A stretch of 64,000 bases of DNA, from contig CM074818.1 in assembly GCA_037447605.1 (NCBI GenBank), forward strand, positions 682,001 through 746,000, written 5' to 3'. The first letter of the stretch is position 1. Every line of letters starts with the position of its first letter. The stretch is from Zygnema circumcarinatum SAG 698-1b. Taxonomy: Eukaryota > Plantae > Zygnematophyceae. The translations under genes were made by a program, and so were the position numbers. The notes below the pieces were generated by a model, which was not told the origin of the DNA, did no database searches, and saw only the letters and a program-made list of their open reading frames with translations. Of this stretch, positions 12,825 through 36,410 are shown piece by piece.

Positions 12825-13422
12825 GGAAAATTCTATTCTCACACCTTTTTTGTATACACACAGGCCTCTTTTCGCCGGGCAGATTTTAAAATAGCACAAA
12901 AAAAGAACACACCTTTCACACCTTCTCACCTTTTTTTTTTCACCTTTTTTTTCCCACCTTTTTGAAATCGATACACACCTTTCTCCATCGGGCAGATTTT
13001 ACCCCTTCTTGTTTTTTTCAAAGNNNNNNNNNNTGGAGCCGGCTTGGGTGGGACACGTGGGACAGAGCCCGGCTGCTGATCGAACGGTGATCTGCCATGG
13101 TGCGATCTGCGTGAATATCGACGGCGGAAAATTATTGCACGTGTGAAGGACGGCCACCCGCGAACGATCTCGTGGCGGACGGATCTTCCGCTCCGAGCGG
13201 ATTCGGGCAGGCAGATAAGGAGTAAAATCTGCCCGACAGAAAAAGGTCTCACGGCGCTCGGCCGCTCAGCACTAGTAGCGTGTATCGATTCCAAAAAGAT
13301 GTGAAAAAAAAGGTGAAAAAAAAAAGGTGTGAAAGGTGTGTTCCTTTTTTGTCTATTTTAAAATCTGCCCAGCGAAAAGAGGTCTGTGCGTAGACAAAAA
13401 AGGTGTGAGAATAGAATTTTCC
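12825..13422. mobile_element. MULE-like non-autonomous element A (about 200-bp TIRs)
   Basis: GGAAAATTCTATTCTCACACC...GGTGTGAGAATAGAATTTTCC termini with 8-bp TSD TTTTTTGT on both sides. Contains a 10-N gap. Confidence 0.85.
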
Positions 13423-13431
13423 TTTTTTGTA

Positions 13432-14540
13432 GGGTAGTGATATTTCCACCCCTTTTTTGGATCCAAACACCCCTTCCCGGCCGGGCAGATTTCAAAAAGG
13501 ATTAAAAACGGAAAATGCTTTTTTCACACCTTTTTGGAATCGATACCCACCCTCCATCGGCAAATTTTATTTCTGCGAAACAAGGAAAATGATAACCCGT
13601 CACCCCATTTTGAATATCCCGCCTACCTGAATTTTTTTTCACGCGTGCGGTCATCGCAGCCGTCGATTCCCTCGCAGATCGCAACACGGCAGATCCCTAT
13701 TTGATCTGCAGCCGGGCTCGGTCACAGCGAATGGCACGTGCCCACGTATCCCGCCAAAGTCGTCTCAAAAGTTTGTCCGTACAAATGTCGTACGGACGCA
13801 ACTTAAGGAACCCAGAATTTCGTACATTAGGGGGTGTCAGACTTAACAAAATCTTACGAAAAGCGTTACGAAAAAAAAGGTTACGAAAGTACTCCGCCGC
13901 AGAAGGATCGCAATTATACTGGAGTACTCGTTCTGATGTCAAACTTACGAACACGCGTACTGAAATTTTTTAAGTCTGACACCCCCTATTGAGAGCTTGG
14001 ACCAATCAAAATTTTCCACGTCAAAAAATGAAACACGTGGCAGAGTTTTATTGGCTTGGAACTAACAATGACGAGATCTCGGGCCGAGGGACGCGCGCAC
14101 TCGTACGTGCGATCCGGCTTTGACGGGACTCGTGGGCGCTTTCCATTCGCTAAGATCGAGCCCGGCTGCAGATCGAACGGTGACCTGCAGTGGTGCGATC
14201 TGCGAGGGAATCGACAGCTGCGATTGACACACACGTGTGAAGGACGGACATCCGCGAGCGATCTCGTGGCGGACGGATCTTCCGCTTCGAGCGGATTCGG
14301 GCAGGCAGATATTTCATTCCCTCAAAAAAAAATTCAGGGAGGCGGGATACAGTATTCAAAATGCAGTGACGGGGTATCATTTTCCTTGGTTAGCAAAAAT
14401 AAAATCATCCGACGGAAGAAGGTGGGTATCGATTCCAAAAAGGTGTGAAAAAAGCATTTTCCCTTTTTAATCCCTTTTGAAATCTGCCCGGCCGGGAAGG
14501 GGTGTTTGGATCCAAAAAAGGGGTGGAAATATCACTACCC
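13432..14540. mobile_element. MULE-like non-autonomous element B with a nested MITE
   Basis: GGGTAGTGATATTTCCACCC...GGGTGGAAATATCACTACCC long TIRs with 8-bp TSD TTTTTGTA (13424-13431, 14541-14548). Shares internal motifs with element A. Confidence 0.88.
13829..13987. mobile_element. 159-bp MITE, copy 2 (inverted relative to copy 1)
   Basis: Same TIRs as 3324-3482 with ATT...ATT flanks. I see only two substitutions relative to copy 1. Confidence 0.9.
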
Positions 14541-14847
14541 TTTTTGTAGCGTTCTGATGCTTCAATTTGAGCTTTTGACCGCATCCGCAAAGTAACTTTT
14601 ATGGGGTACCAACCTAGGAAGCCACGAAATATGTGTCGTATATAACCATCTTCCTTCTTTTCTGTCGTATTTAACCAGCCTCTTTTGTCCTCAGAGCAGG
14701 TTTCCGCACACTTGATCCTAATTCAACTTTTGTCGTTTTGGGGCAGTAATCTTCACTAACGGCCTCATTTGTTGTCACCTTCCAACCATCGGATCAGCGT
14801 TCGTACGGCAGTGGACAAACTTGTACGAAAGTGTGCATGCTGCTTTA

Positions 14848-15341
14848 CAGTAAGGGGGTCCTCATATTTTCCACCCTGGTTCCGGGCAATATGAGGCGAA
14901 AATATTAAATTTGCATATATAAGGTTCGTGTTACGAATAGACGGGCGGTATTATGTTAGAGTTCATGTTGGACCGTACGTATCGTACCGTACCATATCGT
15001 ACCGTATCGTATTGTATCATTTAGCATCATATCGTATCGTGACATATCGTGACGCATATACTGTCGTATTGACCGTATCGTATCGCATCGTGTCGTATCG
15101 AAGTCAAGAAGACGGGGAGAAGAGCGAGCGCCTCTTACGGCGGCACGAGCGGGGAGATTAGGTGCGTTTTGCGTAAGCCCGTAACGGCTAGTACAGATAG
15201 TACGGTCAGTACGGTCAGTACGGTCAGTACGAACAGTACGGCTAACACAAGTTACCGTACAAAAAAGTGGTTTCTGCAAAATTGGGGCGAAAATATTGAG
15301 GACGCACTCCTTGGGGTGGTAAATACGAGGACCCCCCACTG
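14848..15341. mobile_element. Tc1/mariner (pogo-like) MITE containing a (CGTAT)n tract
   Basis: TA|CAGTAAGGGGGTCCTCATATTTTCCACCC ... GGGTGGTAAATACGAGGACCCCCCACTG|TA: imperfect TIRs starting CAGT, with TA TSD. Confidence 0.75.
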
Positions 15342-16049
15342 TACTGAAATGTAGGAACGCGTTGTACGGCACAGATTGTGGATGTCGGTGCATTTGTCTC
15401 CATCGAATATCTCAAAAAATATTTGTTCGTTTGCGCAAATCCTTTTCCAATTTCGCAATCCAAATCTTAAAGTTCCCAAATTCAGATACGCGCCAGCTGT
15501 CTCGATTCCCATAATCAGATTTTGACTATTTATGGGTCGCAATATGTCCTTACCCAGTGAATCCCTTCGTCAAAAGCGAAACAATAATGCTGACTCTTTG
15601 TCGTATTACCCTCTCTGTCGACCTTTTTTTGTCGTCACTGGCTTTCACAAGTCCTAAAACGACAAAATAAACACCCTGCAACAAGAGCAGTATGTCGTAT
15701 GTGCAAGCGTAAAATTCAGAAGACGACAAAATATACCGCCCTGCTCGCGGCCGCCTGGCGCGTCGTTTTTCGCAGCGGAGCGAGCCCTGCGGCGCCTCCG
15801 CCTTTTGTCGCTTGCGGCGGCACCGCCCTCCAGGGAGCGGCTGCCGCACAAAGGGAGTGAGCGTGAGTGCAAGGGCGAGAGAGGGAGGGAGAGGGAGGGA
15901 GGGGGAGAGAGGAAGGGAGGGAGAGGGAGGGAGAAGGAGAAAGAGGGAGAGAAGAGAGAGTGAGGGGGAAGGGAAGGAGAAAGAGGGAAGGAGAGAGGGA
16001 GAGAGAGAGGGAGAGTGGGGGAGAGGGAGAGAGAGAGGGAGAGGGAGCC

Positions 16050-28034
<11,985 letters not shown>

Positions 28035-29243
28035 GTTTGAGCTTCTGAGCTTTTGAGTATAGGGGAGGAGGGGGAGGAGCTGAGGGAGGAAGGAGGTGGG
28101 CAGGGGAGGGGAGGGGAGGAGGTTTGAAATATTATATATTTTTGGAGATAAGATTTAGTTAAAGTAAATAGTTTTATTTGTTATATAAAGGCTGATTTGA
28201 CAGAAGCAGAAGAATATCATTTAATTATTTAAAGTACATTCATTTTTTTTTTTTTTTTTTCAAATGCAAAATTTTGCAGCAGGTAGCATGTGAGGTAGAG
28301 AGGCAGGCATTCGTTCGATTTTAGCATAGAGTTTAGAGGCTATTATTGTACCATACTATCATCAATTGTACCCCTTTTAATTATATATTCAATTGATGAC
28401 TTGGCACAATCGTCTCCGAACCATGAACCCTGAAATAGGGGATTTGCTGGAATCGAACCAGAGACCTTTTCTTGAAGAAAGAATCAAACCCGCCAACAGC
28501 ATGAATCGAAGTTCCTAGAGCATGAATTCTTCATCTTGTACAACATTTTGGACTTCCATTGCAATGGTTATCAACCATTGAGCGTCCAACCATTGCCGTC
28601 CAACGGTTGGCCAATGTTTCCGACCTGTGAAACCCTAAAACCCTCAAACCCTAAAAAGTCCCGAGTTCCGACCTAACCCGTTCCATGTCGACCGCTCCGT
28701 GACGGCTTGCAGCCATGTACGCAGTTCCGTGCGCCCCGTCGCCAGGAACTGCGAACTGCAGCTCCCTGTCATTGCGCTGTGCGCCCACTGAACTGTGCCG
28801 TGCGCAAGCGCTCTGAAATGTGATCTTAACCAATTCAACTAAAACCATAGCGGCACATCTTCCGTACGGTACAAACAGTACAGTACAGTACACATGACCG
28901 TACTGTCCCGCCCTTTTCTTTCTAAATTGCCTCGCTTTCCCTCCGCCTCTTCTCTCCCACTCGGCCTCTCTCCCTCTCTCTCTCTCTTTCCTTCCCTCCC
29001 TTCCCCGTTCTCTCCCTCTCCTTGCCTCCCTCTCTCCCCCTCTCTCTCTCCCTCCTTCCCTCCCCTCCCCGCTCTCCCCCCTCTCTCCCTCTCCTTGCCT
29101 CCCTCTCTCTCCTCTCTCTCTCCCTCTCCTTGCCTCTCTGTTCCTCTCTCTATCTCTCCTTCCCTCCCTTCCCCGCTCTCTCCCTCCCTCTCTCCCCCCC
29201 CCTCTCTCTCCCTCCCTCCTGTCCCTTCCCTCCCTCCTCCGCC

Positions 29244-31659
29244 ATGTCCTTCTCTTTCTCCACTCCTGCCCCCTCCTTCCCTCCTCCCTCCTCCCGCTAT
29301 GGCGGCCCCCCTCCCTCTGCCTCTCCCACCCTCTCTCCCTCCCCCATGGAGGAGGAGGAGGAGGACGCCATCTCCCCCTCTCCGCCCGCCACGTGTCCCG
29401 CTCCCTCTGTCGCCCTCCTCCCCCCTCCCTCCCCCTCTCCCGCCCCCAAACGCCTCCACGTCAGCTGGGGCGTCGGCAACGAAGTCCACGTGGCACCTCT
29501 CGGTCCGCTTGACGACGCGAGATCCGCAGATGACGCCACGTGGCAGGCGCAGAGCGTGACGTGGCGCATAGGAGGGCCGAAAGCGCGACAGTTGGCAGCC
29601 ACGTCAGCGCGGCTTTTTTCGGAGCGCATTTTTGCTGGAGAAGCGCAGCCCGCGGGAGAGGAGTGAGACTTTTTATTTATTTACTTTTAATTTAGGGAGA
29701 AATGTCAAGTGCTGGAAACCCTATTTTTTTTTTTACTGGAGCCACAGGAACATAAATGCAATAAGTTCAATAAAAAGAGTTAATTCTATTCATTTTTTTA
29801 CTTTAAGATTTGAAATGACGATAGGGACCTAAGAAGGTGGAGCTCGTTCTTTTGCTTTTAGAAAAGTAGAGAATGAAAAATGTACTGTATTAAAAAAGGA
29901 GCGGAAAATTTGAAAAGAGTTTATATTGATGATTTTATGCTTCCGAACACCTTATTTGAAAGCCCTAATTGAGCGAGAATTTTTAAATTCTTAGAATTTT
30001 AATGTCCATTTTTCTTGCATTTTATTTTCAGACGAGAACGAGTACTTCGCTGGAGTCGGAGCATGAGCTCTGTTTTGGCGGAGCTTGCTGATGCACCTGC
30101 TGACGTCACCCCCCTGACGTCATCATCTCCGCCCAATAGCGATGCTGAGGTAAGCCCACATTCCTTAAAGGAACATTTCCTCTCTTCGTGAATAAATGAT
30201 TTCAATATTCCTCTAAAAAAAAAGGAGTCACACAGAAGGAATTTAAGAAATTTAAGCATCAAAACCCAAAACGAAAAAAAAAAAACTTATTTCATTCATG
30301 TCTCCCCCCCCCTCCCCCCTCCCCCCCTCTCTCTCCAGTGATCCATTCCAATTTTTGAAGCGCTTCCTCCTGCTTAGGTTCCAACTTCTTTTTTTGTCGT
30401 TTTGTGCCCTTTGAGAGGCAGCAGGAGCAGCGGTTGAGAGCGGTCCGCGCCGTTTGGGACTTAACCGAAATTTTGTATCTCCGCGAGGGAGAGGAAGGGG
30501 AGTCGCCGGGGGAGGTTTTTGCCACCTGGCTGCAGGTGACGTGACGTGACGTGACGTGACTTGACTGACTTGAGTTGACTTGAGTTGACTTGAATTGACC
30601 TGGGTTGACTTGGGTTGACTTGGCTTGAACTGACTGGACTTGACTTGACTTGACTTGGGTCGACTTGGCTTGAACTCGACTTGACTTGACCTGACCTGTC
30701 TTGAGTTGACCTGGGTTGAGTACACTTGACTTTGACCTGACTTGGTTTCCTCTTGGCACTCATTAGCTTGGCTTGTTTTTGACTTCACTCGAACTGACTT
30801 GACTTAAATTGACTCGACTTCAGCTGGCTCGATTTTGCTGGACTTGGTTTGTCGTGACTTGGGACTTCAATAGACTTGAACTGGGACTTTACTTGACTTG
30901 AGACTTGCCTTGCCTTGCCTTGCCTTGACTTGACTTGACTTGACTTGACTTGACTTGGGGCGTATCACTTTGCATCATACATGCACCGATTGGAGGATGC
31001 GTTTCAAGGTTTCAAAGTTTCTACAACATTTTGTTGTTTAGTTTTTAAAGGGTTTTTGCCGCCGCTACTTTTGCATTCAAATTTAACTCCAAATAGAGAT
31101 GATGCTTTCTGTCCGTACGGCGTTACATGCTCCGACATCTTCATGCTTGCACAGTGCCTGTGTCTATGCTTAACTGAAACGGAACGGTGAACGGATTTTC
31201 AGACGCATGAAGCGGCAGTTGCGCCCAACGGCGAAAGCATCTCCCATCGAGCGAAGACTCTCATCGAGAAATTTTCGACCATAGAAGTGAGCTCTGCAGG
31301 CGCCCTAAAACCGCATTGAAAAAAAGTAGAGAAGGGGGAAATGATAGGGGAATCTATGTTTTAGTATATTGTCTCGTGCTCTCTCCCTCTCTCTCCCTTT
31401 CTCACTCTCTCCTCCACTCTGTTTCTCTCCCTTTCTCTCCTTCTCCCTCCCTCTCTCTCCTCTCTCTCTCTTTCTTCTCTTCTCTCTCTTTCTCCCTCTC
31501 TCCCATTCTCTTTCTCCCTTTCTCTCTCTCCCTCTCTCTCTCCCTCTCTCTCACTTCCCTCTTTCTTCTCTTCACTCTCTCTCTCCCTTTTTCTCTCTCT
31601 CCCTCCCACTCCCTCTCTTCCTTTCTCACTCTCTCCCCCCCTCTCTCTCCCTTTCTCTT

Positions 31660-31715
<56 letters not shown>

Positions 31716-32044
31716 CCCCACTCTCTCGTCTAAGGTTGCCGCTATGGTGGGGTCCAACAGCGGCCGGAGGACGAGCCGGAATATTTCGAAGCGATAACTG
31801 CAACTGCAAGTGTTGGCCAACTCTCTGAAGCAGTGCGGCACTTTAAACCCTAATCTGAATATTATCTTTTTATAAATAGTTTTTTTTTGGTAGGGGTGGA
31901 TTTTATGCAATTGAGGGGTCTTTAGGGTTTTAAGACTGAATCGCTGCTCCAGATAAGAAGGGGATGTATGATGACCCTTGTGACTATTCAATTCTCCGTT
32001 CATACCTACAAACCCAACATGAGATGCTTTGAAACTTCATTTTT

Positions 32045-32095
<51 letters not shown>

Positions 32096-35000
32096 AATCT
32101 TCTGATTCGTTTATGGATTCAGACGCAACTGCTCCAAATGCACGGGTCCTTCCGAAGCGATCAATTTTCGTTTCGAGAGGTGAAACATAGTGGGGACGAG
32201 GGGTGTGGGAGGAGAGGGGGGGAGGGAAGGGGAAGGAAGTTGTGGTGGGAGGGGAAGTGGAGTGGGGGAGGGGTGGGAAGAATGGGGAGAGGGAGGGTGG
32301 AAGGGCGGAGGGAGAAGGGTGGTGGAGTGGGGGGAGGGTGATGGGAGGTGGGAAGGGAGGTGGGAAGGTGGGAGGGGGAAGGGGGAAGGGAAGAGGAAGG
32401 GGGTGGTGGGAAGGGGGAAGGGGGGGAGGGGAGGAGGGGTGGGAGGCGCGGAGGAGGGAGAGGGAGGGGGAAGGCGAGAGGAAGAGGGTGGTGGGAGGGG
32501 GGAGGGGGGAGCAGAAGAGGAGGAGATCTGGTAGCAGTGTGAGAGTAAGGGTGAGGGAGGGAGGAGAGTGAAACAGGGATGGGGAGAGAGTTTTAGGCGG
32601 AATGGAAAGGGAACAGGGATTTGGGCAAACAGAGAAAGAAGCTGCCGAAGGACTGGAAAGGACTTATAGGCTAAAAATCTCTTCAACAATCCTGAAATTC
32701 GAACAGCATATAAATACCAAAAAGGGGGGGGGGGTGAGCAGGAGGAGAATGTGGTGGTGGAGATTGTGATTGAGCTTCTTAATAGCATGCCACGTGTCAG
32801 CACCTCAGAGGGCCTTCATTCCAAGGGGGGCCGCGCCTTCACTTCCATTCCCGAGTTCATGTTTGTGAGTCGGCCTCTGCCCAACTTGTTTTTTTTTTTC
32901 TTTTTTTGGTATGTCTCTGTTTAATCTCTTTCCTTACTTCTTTCGTTGTTTTAACTCCTCGAACTCTTCTGAATTCTTTGTAAAATTCCTCCCTCCCTGT
33001 TCCCCTTCTCTCTCTGATGCCCTCCCTCCTCCCCCTCTCTCTCTGATGCCCTCCCTCCCCCTCTCTCTCTGATGCCCTCCCTCCTCTCTCTCTGATGCCC
33101 TCCCTCCCCCTCTCTCTCTGATGCCCTCCCTCCCCCTCTCTCTCTGATGCCCTCCCTCCCCCTCTCTCTCTGATGCCTTCCCTCCTCCCCCTCTCTCTCT
33201 GATGCCCTCCCTCCCCCTCTCTCTCTGATGCCTTCCCTCCTCCCCCTCTCTCTCTGATGCCCTCCCTCCCCCTCTCTCTCTGATGCCCTCCCTCCTCCCT
33301 CTCTCTCTGATGCCCTCTCTCTCTCTGATGCCCTCCCTCCTCCCCCTCTCTCTCTGATGCCCTCCCTCCCCCTCTCTCTCTGATGCCCTCCCTCCCCCTC
33401 TCTCTCTGATGCCCTCCCTCCTCCCCCTCTCTCTCTGATGCCCTCCCTCCCCCTCTCTCTCTGATGCCCTCCCTCCCCCTCTCTCTCTGATGCCCTCCCT
33501 CCCCCTCTCTCTCTGATGCCCTCTCCTCCCCCTCTCTCTCTGATGCCCTGCCTCCCCCCCTCTCTCCTATGCGGTCCATCCTGCCCCTCTCCCCTGTCTG
33601 ATGCCCTCCATCCTCCCCTCTCTCTCTGATGCCCTCCCTCCCCCTCTCTCTCTGATGCCCTCCCTCCTGCCACTCTCTCTCTGATACCCTCCCTCCTCCC
33701 CTTCTCTCTCTGATGCCCTCCCTCCTCTTTCCCTCATGCCCTCCCTCCCCTCTTCTCTTGATGCCCTCCTCCCCTCTCTCTCTCTGATGCCCTCCCTCCC
33801 CTCTCTCTCTTGGATACCTCCCTCCTCCCCTCTCTCTTGATGCCCTCCTCCTCCTTCCTCTCTCCCTTCTTGATGCCTCCCTCCCCCTCTCTCTCTCTGA
33901 TGCCCTCCCTCCCCCCCCTCGCTCTCTGATGCCCCCCCTCCCCCTCTCTCTGATGCCCTCCCTCCTCCCCCTCTCTTCCTCTCCCCCTCTCTCTCTGATG
34001 CCCTCCCTCCCCCTCTCTCTCTGATGCCCTCCCTCCCCTCTTCTCTGATGCCCTCCTCCTCCCCTCTCTTCTGATGCTCCTCCTCCCCTCGCTCTGATGC
34101 CCTCCTTCCCTCCCCCCTCGTTTCTGGATGCCCTCCCTCCCCCTTCTGATGCCTCCTCCTCCTCTTTGATGTCTCTCCTCCCTCTTTCTGATGCTCTCCC
34201 TCCCCTCTCTTCTGATGCTCCTCCTCCTCCCCTCTCTGACGCCTTTCCCCTCTCCTCTCTGATGTTCTCCTCCTCCCCCCTCTTCTTTCTGGATGCCCTC
34301 CCTCCTTCCCCTCTCTCTCTGATGCCCACCCTCCCTCCCTCCCTCCCTCCCCCTCTCTCTCTCTCTCTGATGCAGGAGAGGAAGAAGTGGCAGGACGTCG
34401 TCAAGAGTTCGCTGTATTTGGATAACTGGTCGAGATGCTGCCACGTGGCGTCCTCCCACGGGCTGAAGCGCGTCCTCCAGGTCCTTCTGGGGACGGTCCG
34501 AGTGCTCCGCGAAACCACGAGTACTCGCCTTCAGCTGCTCGCGGCGAGGCTGCTCCACCAACACCCTCATATCTCGGTAAGGGAATTTAAAAAAAAAAAA
34601 TAATAATAATAATTAGAAGTAAACGAGAGGATCCGTGAATATGGAGACAAGGAAAGAAAGTCCATTTTTCTTCCGTTCTTTTCTTTTCCTTAGATGTATT
34701 AGCTAATTTTGAGGAGGAATTTGAAATGCAATTTGACTGTTATTTGTGGATTGTTTTCCTCAGGGAGTGGAGGTTTTCCAGGAGCTGGCGAGGGAGTGCT
34801 GGGCGGATGTGAAGGGGGGTGAGAGAGAGGGAGAGGGAGTGGGAGAGGGAGAGGGAGAGGGAAAGAAGGAGAGGCCACTCGACTCTCTGCTACTTACCAT
34901 CTTCAATCGGAATACGGAAGTGAGTGTACGGATTAATCTAAGGGTCAGAGTTAACGTTTTGGATCATTGTGCTTTTCGCGTTTTTTGCTTAACTTTTTTA

Positions 35001-36371
35001 GGATTAAGAGTTTGAACGTATGAGAGGTACGGAGTTGTGTTTCGGAGTTCAGGTCTGGGCTTCTGTGCTGTTCGGTTTGAGAGCGAAAGAGGGAGAGGGA
35101 GACGGACAGGGACAGGGAGAGGGAGAGGGAGAAGGTGAGGGAGAGGGAGAGGAAGAAGGAGAGGGAGAGGGAGAGGGAGGAGGAGAGGGAGAGGGAGAGG
35201 AAGGAGGAGGGAGAGGAGAGGGGAGGAGTGAGGGAGAGGGAGGAAGGAGGAGAGAGGAGAGGGAGAGGGAGCAGGAGGAGAGGAGGGAGAGGGAGAGGAA
35301 GGAGGAGAGGGAGAGGGAGAGGGAGGAGGAGAGGGAGAGGGAGAGGGAGGAGGTAGGGAGAGGGAGAGGGAGAGGAGAGAGGAGAGGGAAAGGAAGGAGG
35401 AGAGGGAGAGGGAGAGGGAGGAGGAGAGGGAGAGGGAGAGGAAGGAGGAGAGGGAGAGGGAGAGGGAGGAGGAGAGGGAGAGGTAGAGGGAGAGGAAGGA
35501 GGAGAGGGAGAGGGAGAGGGAGGAGGAGAGGGAGAGGGAGAGGAAGGAGGAGAGGGGGGGAAGGTGGGAGAGAGAGGAGGAGAGGAAGGAGGAGAGGGAG
35601 AGGGAGAGGGAGGAGGAGAGGGAGAGGGAGATGGAGGAGGAGAGGGGGAGCGAGAGAGTGCGTTTTCCTTATTCTTTATTTTTGTGTGGGGGAGTGGATG
35701 CAGGAGCTTTTGCAGCAAAGCTTACGTCTCTTTGACAGCTGGTGAGTTCCGAAAGGGGAGCAAAACCAGGAGTCGGTTCTTCTCCCTTTTTTCTACAATC
35801 CCTTCTATTTTATCATTCATTTTTAGAGGTTTAGAGATTGATGCTGTCATATGTGTATAGATGCTGCTGTTGGCGGCTTGGCAACAGCTATATCTCTCTC
35901 TCCCTCCGTATCTCCTTTCTCTCCCACTTCTACGTTACCCTCCCTCTTTCTCTCCCTCTCCTCTATAGCTGACTCTCTTTACCTCGCCCTCCCTCCCTCG
36001 CACTCTCTCCTCTGTCAAGCCGAGTTTCTACTTCTCTCTTCCTTTCCTTCTTCCCTCCCCCTCGTCTTACTCGCACTTCTTTACTTGTCTCATCAGTTAT
36101 TTCTGTTTCCCCTTTCAGTCCTTCCTTTTGTCTTCCTCCCACTCTCTCACTCCCTCACTCCCTCCCTCTCTCCCACAACCTCTCCCTTTTCAATTCCCCC
36201 CTCCCTCTCCCCCTCTCCCTCTCCCTCTCCCTCTCCCTCTGAGCTTCCAGGCTTCCTGCCCATCTTTTGGAGCTTGTGAGAGGGCAGAGGTCCTCCGGAG
36301 GACCCCCTCCCTCTGTGGAGGGACGCTGCCGCCTGCGCTATGTTCAGGACCTCGCCTCCCACTCTGCCACG

Positions 36372-36410
<39 letters not shown>

